64,000 nt of DNA from Selaginella moellendorffii (lineage: Eukaryota > Plantae > Lycopodiophyta), in the NCBI RefSeq assembly GCF_000143415.4, contig NW_003314293.1, positions 1,556,457 to 1,620,456 on the forward strand, in the 5' to 3' direction. The position numbers were made by a program, and so were the translations under genes. Shown here in pieces: positions 1 through 12,230 of this stretch. The notes under the pieces were generated by a model that worked only from the letters and a program-made list of their open reading frames with translations, had not been told where the DNA came from and did no database searches. Numbering within the stretch: position 1 is the stretch's first letter; every line of letters starts with the position of its first letter.

Positions 1-963
1 CCTGGGGGGTTTGGTGAGCTCCAAAAGTATAGTAGGGGGAGGACTGTAGTGGAGCCAGTTTGGCCAGGAAAGGCCAGTTTGGCCCAGGAAGGCCGGACCC
101 AGTGTTGGGTGATGAGCTGCCCACTGGGAAGTCCAAGACTAGAGTGAATACAAACCGACAAGCGGGGTAGCTTGGTGAAGTGTTCAAGAGCCGGCTCTAG
201 TTCCCCCGGGAGATCGACTGGCCGATGCTCCCAGTCCAAGTGTGGGTGGCACTACCTACTTGGATACCTGGTGTGGCTCAACGGAACCTCGCTCTAAGCC
301 CATGGCTAGAGCACCTAAAGACGAAAGGCGGGGAGAGTACCCATGAGGCTTGCGTAAGGCCACGGTGTTCCGAAATGGTGTCCCAAAGTCCCAGACTGTG
401 GAAAGGAAGAGGGGTAGCCCTCTGGTGTGGTGACCAAGGACACAGTCACACAGTGAGGAAGCCCTAGAGGATAGTGGGACTTAGTGGTCGGGCCGGTGGG
501 CCTTGATCCAGTGGCAGTGTTGGCGAACACAGCCAAGGACAGAAAGGGACTTGGTGGGGACCGAAACAGAGATATTGGGGAAGGCTATTCCCCATGTCTG
601 TAGGCATCCTAAGGATGTTAAGGAGTGGATCTGGGATGATCACTCATGGATGGACGACCTAGTCTTTGAGAGACGGGATTGGAATGTAGGTGGTGTTGGA
701 CCACCAATGTGACCAAGGTAAATGGGCATGGCCTTAGCGTAACGGGCCGATACGTCGGTGGTACCTTGGGGTGTCGATCATGGGATCGGACACGTGGAGC
801 ACTTGGACCAAGTGCTAAGGTTGAGTGGCATGGATGCCATTCTCGGGGCCAGCAAGCCCCAAGTCCTGAGTTGGGCTTATGGAGGTTGTGAATGAGACTC
901 CTCCAAGTGGTCGGAGGTGTGGTTAAGTGACTAAAGTAGAATGGAAAAATTTAGTCTCTTACA
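1..963 (+). repeat. 5' LTR (partial)
   Basis: Direct repeat of 5784-6746 with about 15 substitutions by hand count; ends in CA just before the PBS. Confidence 0.92.
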
Positions 964-966
964 ATT

Positions 967-977
967 TGGTATCAGAG
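967..977 (+). promoter_or_regulatory. Primer binding site complementary to initiator tRNA-Met 3' end
   Basis: TGGTATCAGAG 3 nt after the LTR terminal CA; canonical plant retrotransposon PBS. Confidence 0.9.
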
Positions 978-3900
978 TTGTTCCTTAATCTGACTTTTAT
1001 TGGTGCTCAAGTATATCACCACTGGTGTTGGCATCGGAAGGTCCGAGGAGTGGGCCTATCCTTGAGGAGTAGCAGGTCGGGAAGATATGGCTCTCCATTA
1101 CAGTTCATGTGTGAACTTGTAGACAACATGGTGGATAGAAAAGGGCCAATAATGGAATGACTTTGGGATCTTGGGAACAGTATAAGGGTTTCCTCAGAGA
1201 GTGGAGGATGTGATCCAGATTAACGTTTGACTTAGCAAACTGGCTGATGTAGTTGTGGTAAACAACTACAGTTGGGATCACGAGAAAGATGCAAACTCCA
1301 AAATAATAAAGGAGTCACAAGATTACCCTTATATGGTTGAGGCTGGTACTCATAAATTTGAGACTGGAATTGTTGACCGTGGGAGGTCAAATTCAGAAGA
1401 GGACACCAGTCCTTGAAATGGTAGCCGGGGCTACCTCTAATAAATGCTGGAACAACCCAAGGAGTTGGGGGTGTACTTAAAGATGAGTTACTATTCTCAT
1501 CACATGGACAAGTAGTCCTAAGGGGCAAAGGTTAGCCCCAAGAAAATTATCAAGTGTTAGAGTAACACTTGTAAAGATTGTCCTTGTGAGTATGACAGGA
1601 ATGCAAGAAGTGTATTCCAGTGAGCTAGTGCCTCACAAGTAGGACCTTACGGGTCTGTGGATTAACCAAGTCCAAAACTGCTGGATGACTCAAGTAGAGT
1701 CAAGGGATGGTCCTAAAAGGACTGATAGAAGCATTTGGGCTGAGGTGTGCTGTACCCTACAAAGGATGGGGGGGGATCATAGGATCCAAGGATGAGAACA
1801 AAGGGTATCTCATTGATGGCAAAATGTGCCATGCTAAAGTTCGTGGGAAAGGTGTTCCCAAAAAAGAAAACAACTTTGACACAAAGTTGTGTATGACTTC
1901 TATGATGCAGTGCTAACGGATGGTTGGCATGAGAAAGAGTGGTATTGGTCTTGGCAAAGACTTAGACACAAAGAAGAAGTGTCATAGAGGTAGGCTCGTG
2001 GAGCCGATGGTGTGGAGACACCAAATGTGCCAAGGTATGATACCTTGAGGCTATGTTGTTCATGAGAACCCCTTGCCAAAGGAATCTCAATAGAAATGGG
2101 AATGGGATAGCCTAAACTGCAGAGCATGCAGTTGGAGTGTGGTGACCCAGATAATGATGGAGGTGTGGAAGCACCAGCAATGAGTTGTAGGACTTGACAA
2201 CTACGAGACAACTAAGCGAGAGGTGCAAAATAATTGGTTAAACGGGTAGAAGGTAGCTACCCAAGCCTTCTTAATGGCATAGGGAAGTTGGATATACCCT
2301 TACGGGGGATAAGTTGCTTATGTTGCGATATAGTAAGTCAATGTCATAAAAGGAAATACTCATTGTCAAGGAAGCCGTCATTGGAACACCCGAACACTCT
2401 AGAACACCAGGAGGTGGTGTTTGAGGTTGCGAGGGTAGTAGATAAGGCCTAAGGGACTAAGTCCCTAGCGAATGATGGATAGTAGGTGTTATCCAAATGT
2501 CCAAGGTGGCGGAGACAAGAGAAGACTGTCTACTCGAATTGGACAAAGCCAAAAATGGAATTTTGGCAAGGCTAGCGATGGGCATGCAAAGGCCCGTAAG
2601 CAGCAACGTAATCTCGGTGTGTGGGATTATAGGGTGAGCATACCTGGATTGAGGAACCACTCCCTAGGCTATCGGGTAGGTTCATCCCTAAGAATACTTG
2701 CTAAGGCATGATAGAAAGTGCAAAGCTATCCTCCTGGTCTGGAGGAGAATGACCGAAGGAAAGGTGTGAAGCCAAAAGCAAGAAGTAGGGGGATAGAACC
2801 AAACCATAGGAATCGAAGGGCATAACCAAGGTTGGTTATGCCAGCCGGGAGTGGAGAATCAAGTGGGGGCTCGAGGGTGTTGCCGCTAGCAACCGTGATG
2901 CCATGGAGAGTCTAAAATATGGAATTGTCCATGTTAGGCTATATGGTAATTGGAAAGCTTGCAAAAAAGGGGGGGGGCCTTAGCAAGCTAAGGGATAGAG
3001 TTCCTTCAAGGTTCCCAAAGAGGATTCTAGGTAGCTTAGTACCTAGAAAGGCCAAGCGTAAATGGTTCAAGGAACGCGCGAAATCAGAGTGGCACAGCAG
3101 AAGCGTGGTCTTGAAGCTTGCCATGAGGCAAGGCTATCAAGGTTAGGGAAGTAGTTCCTGAGTGTTCAAAGAGAAGGCTTTGAACGAAAGTCGAGGATCA
3201 AGGGCTTTCACGCTTGTGTATGAACCATGTTACAGTGGTCGGAGGACTTGCCAAGCGAGATTGACACGTCGGGGGAACAAATACCCTAGTTGAAGGTGAT
3301 AACTTCAAAAGGGTGGGCCATGGGGCCGAGCATGGAGGAGTCCATGCATGATCACAGACATGTCAAGTGAGAGGACTTGGCAGTGCGGAGGAACTAGGCT
3401 CCTAAGCTGTGATCTGTAGCGCGCTTTAAGTATAAGTTGGTGCACCGGCGTGGGAAGTTATGCCAAGCATCTTGTGTGATGCCGTCCGTAGATGCATATA
3501 CGGAGGTTGGGTTTGAGTCCCGACCCTCTAGTGCTTGGGTTCGAGTCCCAAATCACTAGGGCGTGGTGATGGTTTGGAATATGAGGACACTCATATTTCG
3601 GTGGTCATGGACTCTCAGTGGGGAGACTGGTTTGAGCACACCGCCAAGCGAGGGATGCCTCGGAGTCGTGATGCACGGTTAGATTGCTTAGGGTGAAAGC
3701 TCGGCATATCTAACTTGAACGCTTTGGTGCAAGTGGCACCAAGGACGTGGTGAGTGAGATGGGGACACCTAATCTCAGTTGCTATGGACCCTTGGCTGAA
3801 AGGGCTGACTTGGGCGCACCGCCAAGTGTGGGGGATGCCCCCGGGGTCATAGTCAACAACTTAAAGGTCGAGGAGACCTAGTACCTATTGGCAAACCGAT

Positions 3901-5014
3901 TAAGATGCCAAGGTTAGATCATTAGGTGATCTTATGGCTAAAAATAAGGACAATGTCCTTGTGAGGTTAAGGAACAAAGTTCCTAGTTCAAAGCATTGAT
4001 TTGAACTATTGATAATGGTGTGGCTTGGTCAAGGTGACCAAGTGGGAAGGACACCTAAGGGAAAATGTCAATGCAATGACATAGTGAGTTCGAGGGAAGT
4101 AGTCTCTATAAGAGACCCATGGGAGGGTCACACAATGGGGCCGTGGATAGAGCCCATAGCAAACGATGTTAAAGAGACGTACTAAGGGTGAACACCCTCC
4201 GAACTTGGCAAAGGAGAGTCTTTGCTATGGAACCGAAAAGATACCTCGAAAATGGAGGTAGCGATCCTATGTTGCTGGATGCAACAATCAAGGATAGGAG
4301 CAAAAGACTAGTGGCTAAGAAAAGAGCCAAAGGAATCAGGGGAAACAATCCAAATGGCAAAGTTAGGCCGAGAACACTAATGTGTTGGGTGCTAACGGAT
4401 TGTGGGAAAGGCAATGTTTTCCCAGGGATGGATTCCCAACCGCTCCGATTTGGCGAAAGTAGAAGCTCCAAGGGGGAGTAAGGTAGCCAAATAATAGGGC
4501 CGTGGGCAGCCCTAGCACAAATTATAATAACTGGAACTTAGTGCCAAAGGTGGCGTGATATCGAAGAGAGGATGATGGTGCCCTCAAGTAAGGAACTTCC
4601 CAGGATGGGGAAGTGGAGTTACACCATATGCAATGTAAGGTGTCGGAAACACCTAGGAAATTGACTCTGAGAAGTCAAAATTAAAAGTTCCATAGTGCAA
4701 GGGTTATATCGGTGGAAATTGAGACTACTCCAGAATGAGTAGTGAGATTGAGTTAGAGAAGGTGTCTCTAACAGGTTTAGTGAGAACTAAACTAATAAAA
4801 GGAGAAAACCACCACAAGTGGCCAAATGAGCCTCTAAGTTGGAGAGGCTATGCTCCTTAGAGGATGGACAAGGCATGGTGAGCCTTTGGTGTCAAACCAT
4901 AGACAAATATTGGCTGGGTGCCAAGGATGGAAAAGGAAACATGTGCAGGTGTTATTTTATGAAAGGGTTTACCATTCGATGAGGACATCGAACTTCGTCT
5001 ATGGGTGGTGGAGT

Positions 5015-6746
5015 TGTGAGACACAAAATCCCTAGGCCCCAAAGTGGAGCCGGAAGGGCGCCACGTGGTAGTGGCCGAAGCGAGAGCCAAACGAGCGTAA
5101 CACGTTTGGACCAAAAGCTCCAACTTGAAAAGTCAAGAGCGGGAGTGGAACTCCCAAAGAAGCGCTCGAGGAATGAGCACGAAGCGAGCCATAGGCAAGG
5201 CTCCAAAAAGGGACCCAAAAAGGACCAACACATGACACGTGGAAGTGTCCGAGATGGACCCGAGTTGGGGTCCGAAGTGGAGTCCGAGATGGACCCGAGT
5301 TGGGGTCCGAAGTGGAGTCCGAGATGGACCCGAGTTGGAGGCCAAAGTGGAGTCCAAAGTGGAGTCCGAAGTGGAGTCCGAGAAGGACCCGAGATGGAGT
5401 CCGAGATGGAGTCCGAGATGGAGTCCGAGATGGACCCGAGATGGACCCGAGATGGAGTCCGAGATGGACCCGAGATGGACCCGAGATGGAGTTCGAGATG
5501 GAGTCCGAGATGGACCCGAGATGGAGTCCGAGATGGAGTCCGAGATGGACCCGAGATGGAGTCCGAGATGGACCCGAGATGGAGTCCGAGATGGAGTCCG
5601 AGATGGACCCGAGATGTAGTCCGAGATGGAACCGGGACTGAGACCAAGACCGAGACCGAGACCGAGACCAAGGCCGAGGTCGAGACCGAGCCCGAGCCCG
5701 AGTCCGAGTCCGAGTCCGAGTCCGAGTCCGAGTTTGAGTTCGAGTCTGAGAGGGTGAAAGCCCAAAGCGTTCGTCTCCCAGACCCTGGGGGGTTTGGTGA
5801 GCTCCAAAAGTATAGTAGGGGGAGGACTGCAGTGGAGCCAGTTTGGCCAGGAAAGGCCAGTTTGGCCCAGGAAGGCCGGACCCAGTGTTGGGTGATGAGC
5901 TGCCCACTGGGAAGTCCAAGACTAGAGTGAATACGAACCAACAAGCGGGGTAGCTTGGTGAAGTGTTCAAGAGCCGGCTCTAGTTCCCCCGGGAGATCGA
6001 CTGGCCGATGCTCCCAGTCCAAGTGTGGGTGGCACTACCTACTTGGATACCTAGTGTGGCTCAACGGAACCTCGCTCTAAGCCCATGGCTAGAGCACCTA
6101 AAGACGAAAGGCGGGGAGAGTACCCATGAGGCTTGCGTAAGGCCACGGTGTTCCGAAATGGTGTCCCAAAGTCCCAGACTATGGAAAGGAAGAGGGGTAG
6201 CCCTCTGGTGTGGTGACCAAGGACATAGTCACACAGTGAGGAAGCCCTAGAGGATAGTGGGACTTAGTGGTCGGGCCGGTGGGCCTTGATCCAGTGGCAG
6301 TGTTGGCGAACACAGCCAAGGACAGAAAGGGACTTGGTGGGGACCAGAACAGAGATATTGGGGAAGGCTATTCCCCATGTCTGTAGGCATCCTAAGGATG
6401 TTAAGGAGTGGATCTGGGATGATCACTCATGGATGGACGACCCAGTCTTTGAGAGACGGGATTGGAATGTAGATGGTGTTGGACCACCAGTGTGACCAAG
6501 GTAAATGGGCATGGCCTTAGCGTAACGGGCCGATATGTCGGTGGTACCTTGGGGTGTCGATCATGGGATCGGACACGTGGAGCACTTGGACCAAGTGCTA
6601 AGGTTGAGTGGCATGGATGCCATTCTCGGGGCTAGCAAGCCCCAAGTCCTGAGTTGGGCTTATGAAGGTTGTGAATGAGACTCCTCCAAATGGTCGGAGG
6701 TGTGGTTAAGTGACTAAAGTAGAATGGAAAAATTTAGTCTCTTACA
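5015..6746 (+). repeat. 3' LTR (about 1732 bp)
   Basis: Starts TGTGAGAC after the PPT-like tract and ends GTCTCTTACA (imperfect terminal inverted repeat). The same 5' boundary appears independently in the inverted copy ending at 26768. Confidence 0.85.
5245..5750 (+). repeat. Compound minisatellite inside the LTR (35-bp units, then 11/12-bp units, then 6-bp units)
   Basis: GAGATGGACCCGAGTTGGGGTCCGAAGTGGAGTCC x2 (5251-5320); GAGATGGAGTCC/GAGATGGACCC x20 (5391-5622); then GAGACC/GAGCCC/GAGTCC hexamers. Confidence 0.95.
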
Positions 6747-7849
6747 TTGAGCATAAGGCAAAGAATGTGAAGAGCTAAGTATTATCTACTTAGTGGAATA
6801 CATATTGGGAGCAATTGTTGACATTGAAGTTCCTCTAGATTGGATTGCCATGGCTAGTGAGTGTCCTCCATTCACAAACCACATCTCAATGCTTTAGGTG
6901 GTGTCAGACCTCTAGGTGGGCAACAAATAAGAGATCTTTGGGATTTCCAAGTAGTCAGTGACCTTTACATATTATGTATATTCCTTGCAACATCATCACA
7001 GCTCTCTTATCTACAACTACAATCAAAGTTTAGTGTTGTTGATCATTAGTTGCCTCTATTCTTTCCATCATTTGTATGTTGCTATCTCAAAGTTCTTGCA
7101 TCATTATTTTCCCTTGCTCATCACTTTGTTCGAGGAGACCATTATATCTCTTAAGAGTGCATTTGCATTTTTTCCTATAGCTATTGGAATTTTTTTCCCA
7201 CTAACTTGTACTTTTGGAATGTCTTCATTGGCATCTCTAGGATCTTGTGTCTTAAATACAATGTTTGGATCTGGATCTACAACTGTGTTTATCTCTAGAA
7301 AAAAGAGAAATAAAAGTCAATCATAAAAAGACAAATGAGCTTACCATATCCCAATAACTCACTTACAATCATGGAACCTATAGATGTATCAATTTAATGG
7401 CTACTTAGAACATTAGTTTTTGAGTGTTTCATAATGACATTTGTTAAATGCATGAGGAAGCTTTGCACCTTCTTCATCCATGTAATAAACTCATTGCTAA
7501 AGTAAGACAGTTTCCTTGATAAGATGTTGCTCTTGTAATTGTTAATTTGCTTCCACTTCTTTGCAAGTTCATCTCATTATAATTCACATTGCTTTGGTGT
7601 GTAATGAAATCTTTGTGAACGTAAGATGTTAAAACTTCTTTGTGTAACCCACAAATTTTTCCTTTCCAATTTGTTAGCTTACCTTGTTTATCTGACCACC
7701 ACGGTCTTGGCATTAGTTAAGTTCTTTTGCCAAGGTTCCCACTTATTATACTAACTTCTACTTAGTTTTACTTGGTTTTAGCAACTCACTACACGAGCAA
7801 TGGAACATTAGCCATTCATCCATAGATTCTCAAATTCTTTCCCAATCCC

Positions 7850-8477
7850 CCTCCCTTCATTAGATTGGACTTAGCCTCTAGGTTTTTAACATCCCTTGGT
7901 ACAATAAGACTTGATTATGGGACCTTCTAAATCCTAAATTTTAGGTGCAACATTTGCTTCAAGACACTGGGGGGAAACATCATGGCATAACGGCCCAATA
8001 TGGGTACCCATACTCCCCCACTTCCATCTTAAAGGAAAGGCCCAAGTCCCTATGAAGGGCAAGGGCCAATGAGCTACAAGGTACTCAAATAGGGCACCAC
8101 TCCATATGAGTCAGGAGTATTGCAATTGGTTTCCCTTCCGGGAGTGGGAGCTGCTCTTGAGCACTTAGTTGAGTGGCCTTTCTGGCACCACCCGAGTCCA
8201 TATTCACTCCCACCCAAAGCCCTTAAGCCCCAACCTCAACCTCACTTTGTCTCAGACTCGATCTTGGACTTGGTCTCGGACCCGATCTTGGATCTCAGAC
8301 TCGGTCTCAGACTCGGTCTCAGACTTGATCTTGGACTCAGTTTCATTTGATAAACTCTTTATCATTTCGGTTGTGCTTTCAGGGATCTTTTAACTTACGA
8401 CACCTTAACCATAGTATACTCCCCATTGTACTTAAGTTGGGATAATGGGTCCAACACCAGGGAGTTGGTTCCTTACA
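7850..8477 (-). mobile_element. Degenerate LTR-like remnant of a related family
   Basis: 8250-8340 carries CTCAGACTCGGT-type repeats, the reverse complement of the hexamer block in the 5015-6746 LTR. Minus-strand TGTAAGG starts at 8477. The left boundary is a guess. Confidence 0.35.
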
Positions 8478-9184
8478 CTTTGGTCCTTTTATTGATTTTC
8501 TATAGCCATTACTTTTTTAATCTTTCTCCTTTTTCATCCTTTTTGTGTATTGGAGAGTTATATTCTCATCAATAGACCATTTTCCTTTCTATTCATCATT
8601 CAAATTTAGTTTATTATGGGAGAACAAGTTTAGAAATCAAAAAATAAACATGAATTATATTTCTTTAGTTCTTAGAGGGGATAATGATAATAAAGTTGTG
8701 AAAGAGGAATTTTCAATTCCCCCACCATGAAATCCTTACTGTTTCAAAAATGCATTTAAAACGAAGTAAAAAAACAATTGGGAAACATTATCTATCTCAA
8801 GGAATTAAAGGTAATTTACATTGCAGAAAATACTTGGAATAAATCCAATCACCAAATTGAATGTACAAATGCCAAGCTAAAAGCCATTGTAAAAATTTTC
8901 TAAATAAAAGAGAAAAAACAAAAAGAAAATGAAAAGTACCTAGATCAAAATTGCATTTGACATAAATCCCATGTAAACACTTAAAAAAAAACTTCCACTT
9001 CCTTGGAAATTGAGAAAAACAAGTAAAACTCTAGAATTATAAAGTTTAAGCTATTAATAAACTAAAATATGAGTTAAATTGCAACCATAGATAGAGCAAT
9101 TTTCCATTTATTGCAAACTTCCTCTTAGATGATGTTTACCTAGTTCATGGGGTATATTCCCCCTTTCCCCCATTTTGGGAGCCA

Positions 9185-9982
9185 TGTCACAAGGGTCGGG
9201 GGTGGGGGGCACCTGGAACCTAGGGTTTAATTTCTCTCCCTTGGAAATTTCCTTCTATAGTAAAGTATAGAACCCTGCTCTCACCCCTCTACCACCCCTT
9301 AGCTTCATCAGCAAGACTTTTTGAGTGTAGCATTTGTGGAAGAATAGTTAACTATCACTTTCAAGAGGCTTTGAGCGAGCACATGGTCCCTTCTACTGTG
9401 GTATGCTTTCTTTTTTAAGCTGTCCAAGACATATAGATAGGCTAGACATGGAAGGCCTCTATCGGAGGGTGGCACGTGGATCATGCCATAATGTAGATCC
9501 ACCTTTCAATGATTACAATGGATAAGTGAAATCAAGTGACAAAACCCTATTCCATTTGCTCTGCACTACTGCCATTGTTCACATCGCATCTAGTTGCTGC
9601 AGTCCAAGCCCAAGTCTGGCAACACATTTGCGGGATTTTGGGGACAAGTATTGGAGGCACTAGGGTTTTGAGGAGTCATCTTGGCATAGAGTACTGGGGT
9701 AAGTTCTTTTGTGAGATCTTCACAATGTTTGTAGCTCACAAACTCACTATAGTGGAGGGAGGCCTTTGAGCAAGCTTGTGCCTTTGTTGTATCAACACAA
9801 GGCAAATGAAATAGAGGCTAACCTTGAATCCTCTTCCTCTACCGCCTAGAGCAGGACAAAGGAGGTGCTTGCTAGTGTAAGGGAGAACCCCTTCACACAA
9901 GCTAGAGCCTTTGTGCCCTTCATACAAAAATTGCCAAACATGGGAGATCTTTAGACTACAACAACTATAATGAAGTTTGACA
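9185..9982. mobile_element. Probable solo LTR (798 bp)
   Basis: TGTCA...TGACA termini flanked by a GCCA direct repeat (9181-9184 and 9983-9986); GC-richer than its flanks. Confidence 0.55.
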
Positions 9983-10194
9983 GCCATCTAATGACAAGAT
10001 GGTAGACCATGGTACTAGATATGGTATGTCCCATGGTAGATTTCTTGAGCGAGCATGAGATGCTACCTAAAGAGGACTATCCTTACAATCTTAGTTTGTA
10101 TGGCTCTACTAGAGTGGACAGGACCCTCAACAAATGATCACACTTAACAGCTTTTAGAACTTCTGGGGGGCAATAGCTAGTTATAAATATGTTT

Positions 10195-10278
10195 ATAAAT
10201 GAACAAGGTATAATATCTTAGAATATCTAAATATATTTTAGGTATATCCATTATTATATTGTTTAAGCAAACCAAAAA
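10195..10278. repeat. Fragment of the MITE family found at 51.4-52.2 kb
   Basis: TAGAATATCTAAATATATTTTAGGTATA...TTAAGCAAACCAAAAAT matches the right arm at 52152-52204. Confidence 0.6.
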
Positions 10279-12230
10279 TTATGAGTAAAGATAAATAATT
10301 TATGAGTAAAGATATAATGAATATAATTAAATAGTTTTAAGTCATTTATATATAAATATATAAAGTTTAGGTATACACCTATGCTGCCATATACTATGGT
10401 TAGTGTAGTGGGATTTTGATAACCATCAAATTGGTTTCAATCCAGATCACTAGTTCTTGTATATAAATTATTCAGCTAATCAAATATGCAAATTTACATA
10501 TAAAACTTTAATTTCCTTTAGTGATTGATGTTGAATAAGAACCTTGATTGCATGAGCATCTCTAGTTGGAATAAAATGAAGTAGCACAATTTTGGTTTTA
10601 CTATAAAACTGAAAATAGTTTGGTAAGCTTTTAATAAAAAATGTTTATAATTATTTTTAATGAATATATAAGTGATATAATATATAATAAATATTAAATT
10701 TATTTATTGATAATGGTAAAGTCATAAAAATATGAAAATTAGTAATAATAATAAATGTAAGTTAATAATATAAAACTTAGAAATCATTATAGTAGTTTAA
10801 AATATAATAATACCTTGTGAGTGAATGAAATATAGAACTATGCATATTCAAGAAGCCCAAAAACCATAAGTTACATATAAAAGTGAATGGTTCAAATTAA
10901 AACCAATCCAACATCCATTAAAATCCCACTATATTAAAAGTTGTACATATAAACCTCACATCATCCCTTCTTCATAGAGTAGTTAGGATACTTTTATTGA
11001 TAGATTAGGATTTGGAGGGATATGCAAGGATGCTTTGATGTAGATAGTGCAACTTGTTTTTTATTTCTTTTTACAAAATGCTTTAGCCATTGTATATGTA
11101 CAATTTTTAGAGGATAAATTTGTTAAATGGAGCTTTTTATTTTGAATTAAATATATATAAGTTGGGCATATTATAGCTAGCATTTCGACAATATCTTATA
11201 AGATTTATATATACACTTGCTATAGCCACTTTTGATGATGTTCTTCGATTGACACAATGTTATATGACATTAACTCTCTAACATGTATTTTAAATCTACT
11301 TCTCCAAGGGAGAGGATTATGTTCTAATAGAGGTTGACACTATTGTTGTTAAATGCATTTGTTATTGCATTTATGATTGATGGCCTCCTTTATCAAGTGG
11401 TGTTTCAACATTTTTATTTGAAGTGGATTCTTTTGGATAATAGTCTTACATTTATGGTTTAAGCATTTCATATATTGATGTCTTGGCTAAGGATACATCA
11501 CACTTTTATAAATTTTTATCATTTACAGATGCATGGTTTGGTGGAACAATTAATTTGGATATTTAAAGGGATGATTGTAAAGTATATAAATTTTTAACAT
11601 TCAGATTAAAATGATTATTTACTATCTCTCAAGTATATGTATGTCACATCATTAATGCTTCACTATATAAACTTTTATATAGTCATGATTTTATATTATT
11701 GCTAGTAGAGTTGAGTTTATCTTCACAATTTCTATAAGATGTAAATGCTAAGTCCTGAAATCAATATTTGACGAGCATTCTTAAAAGAGAATAAATGAAA
11801 AAGTTATAAGAATAAAAGATGGAAAAGTTAAATTTAAATCCAAGCATTTATTAAAATAATTAGAGTTACCCCTCACCTCCACCAAATGTAACTGTATGTA
11901 ATATAAAAATGTGCATATTCAATTACCCTAAAAACTTTAATTGATATATACAAAAGTGCATCACTCTCTATGCTCCAGAGTCCACCTCTAACATCACTTA
12001 AATTAAAAGCAATCTATACCTTTTTTATTTTTATAAATAATAAAATATAAAGGAATATTAAAAATTACTTGAAAAACCTTTTAAATTTAATTATAATACT
12101 GTAAACAAACTTTACTTTCATACAAGAGACTTTAATTGCTAAATTGATGTACAGTTTGAATATTGCAATGAATGATATGTGATACAAATAATGCCCAATG
12201 GCAAAAAAAGAAAACTTCTCTCTTGTGATT

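Larger units (their letters stand above)
1..6746 (+). mobile_element. LTR retrotransposon (Ty3/gypsy-like ends), apparently non-autonomous; 5' LTR truncated by window start
   Basis: 1-963 recurs at 5784-6746 (offset 5783). The 5' LTR ends ...CTCTTACA and is followed by PBS TGGTATCAGAG. A purine-rich tract GGGTGGTGGAG precedes TGTGAGAC at 5015. The internal 964-5014 region has no long ORF. Confidence 0.9.

Noticed and set aside
225-891. Short ORFs duplicated at 6008-6495
   Set aside because: They lie within the LTRs, so their duplication reflects LTR identity rather than coding constraint.
5391-5622. CRISPR-like array
   Set aside because: The units are contiguous with no unique spacers, there are no cas genes, and the context is a eukaryotic LTR.
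4952-6022. Six overlapping long ORFs (113-356 aa) on both strands
   Set aside because: They arise from the stop-free minisatellite in the LTR; the translations are low-complexity repeats.
6747-7800. Possible decayed transposase region after the LTR
   Set aside because: No recognisable motif or termini; cannot be supported.
10300-12100. Very AT-rich stretch, possible Helitron or MULE debris
   Set aside because: No diagnostic ends or ORFs found by eye.
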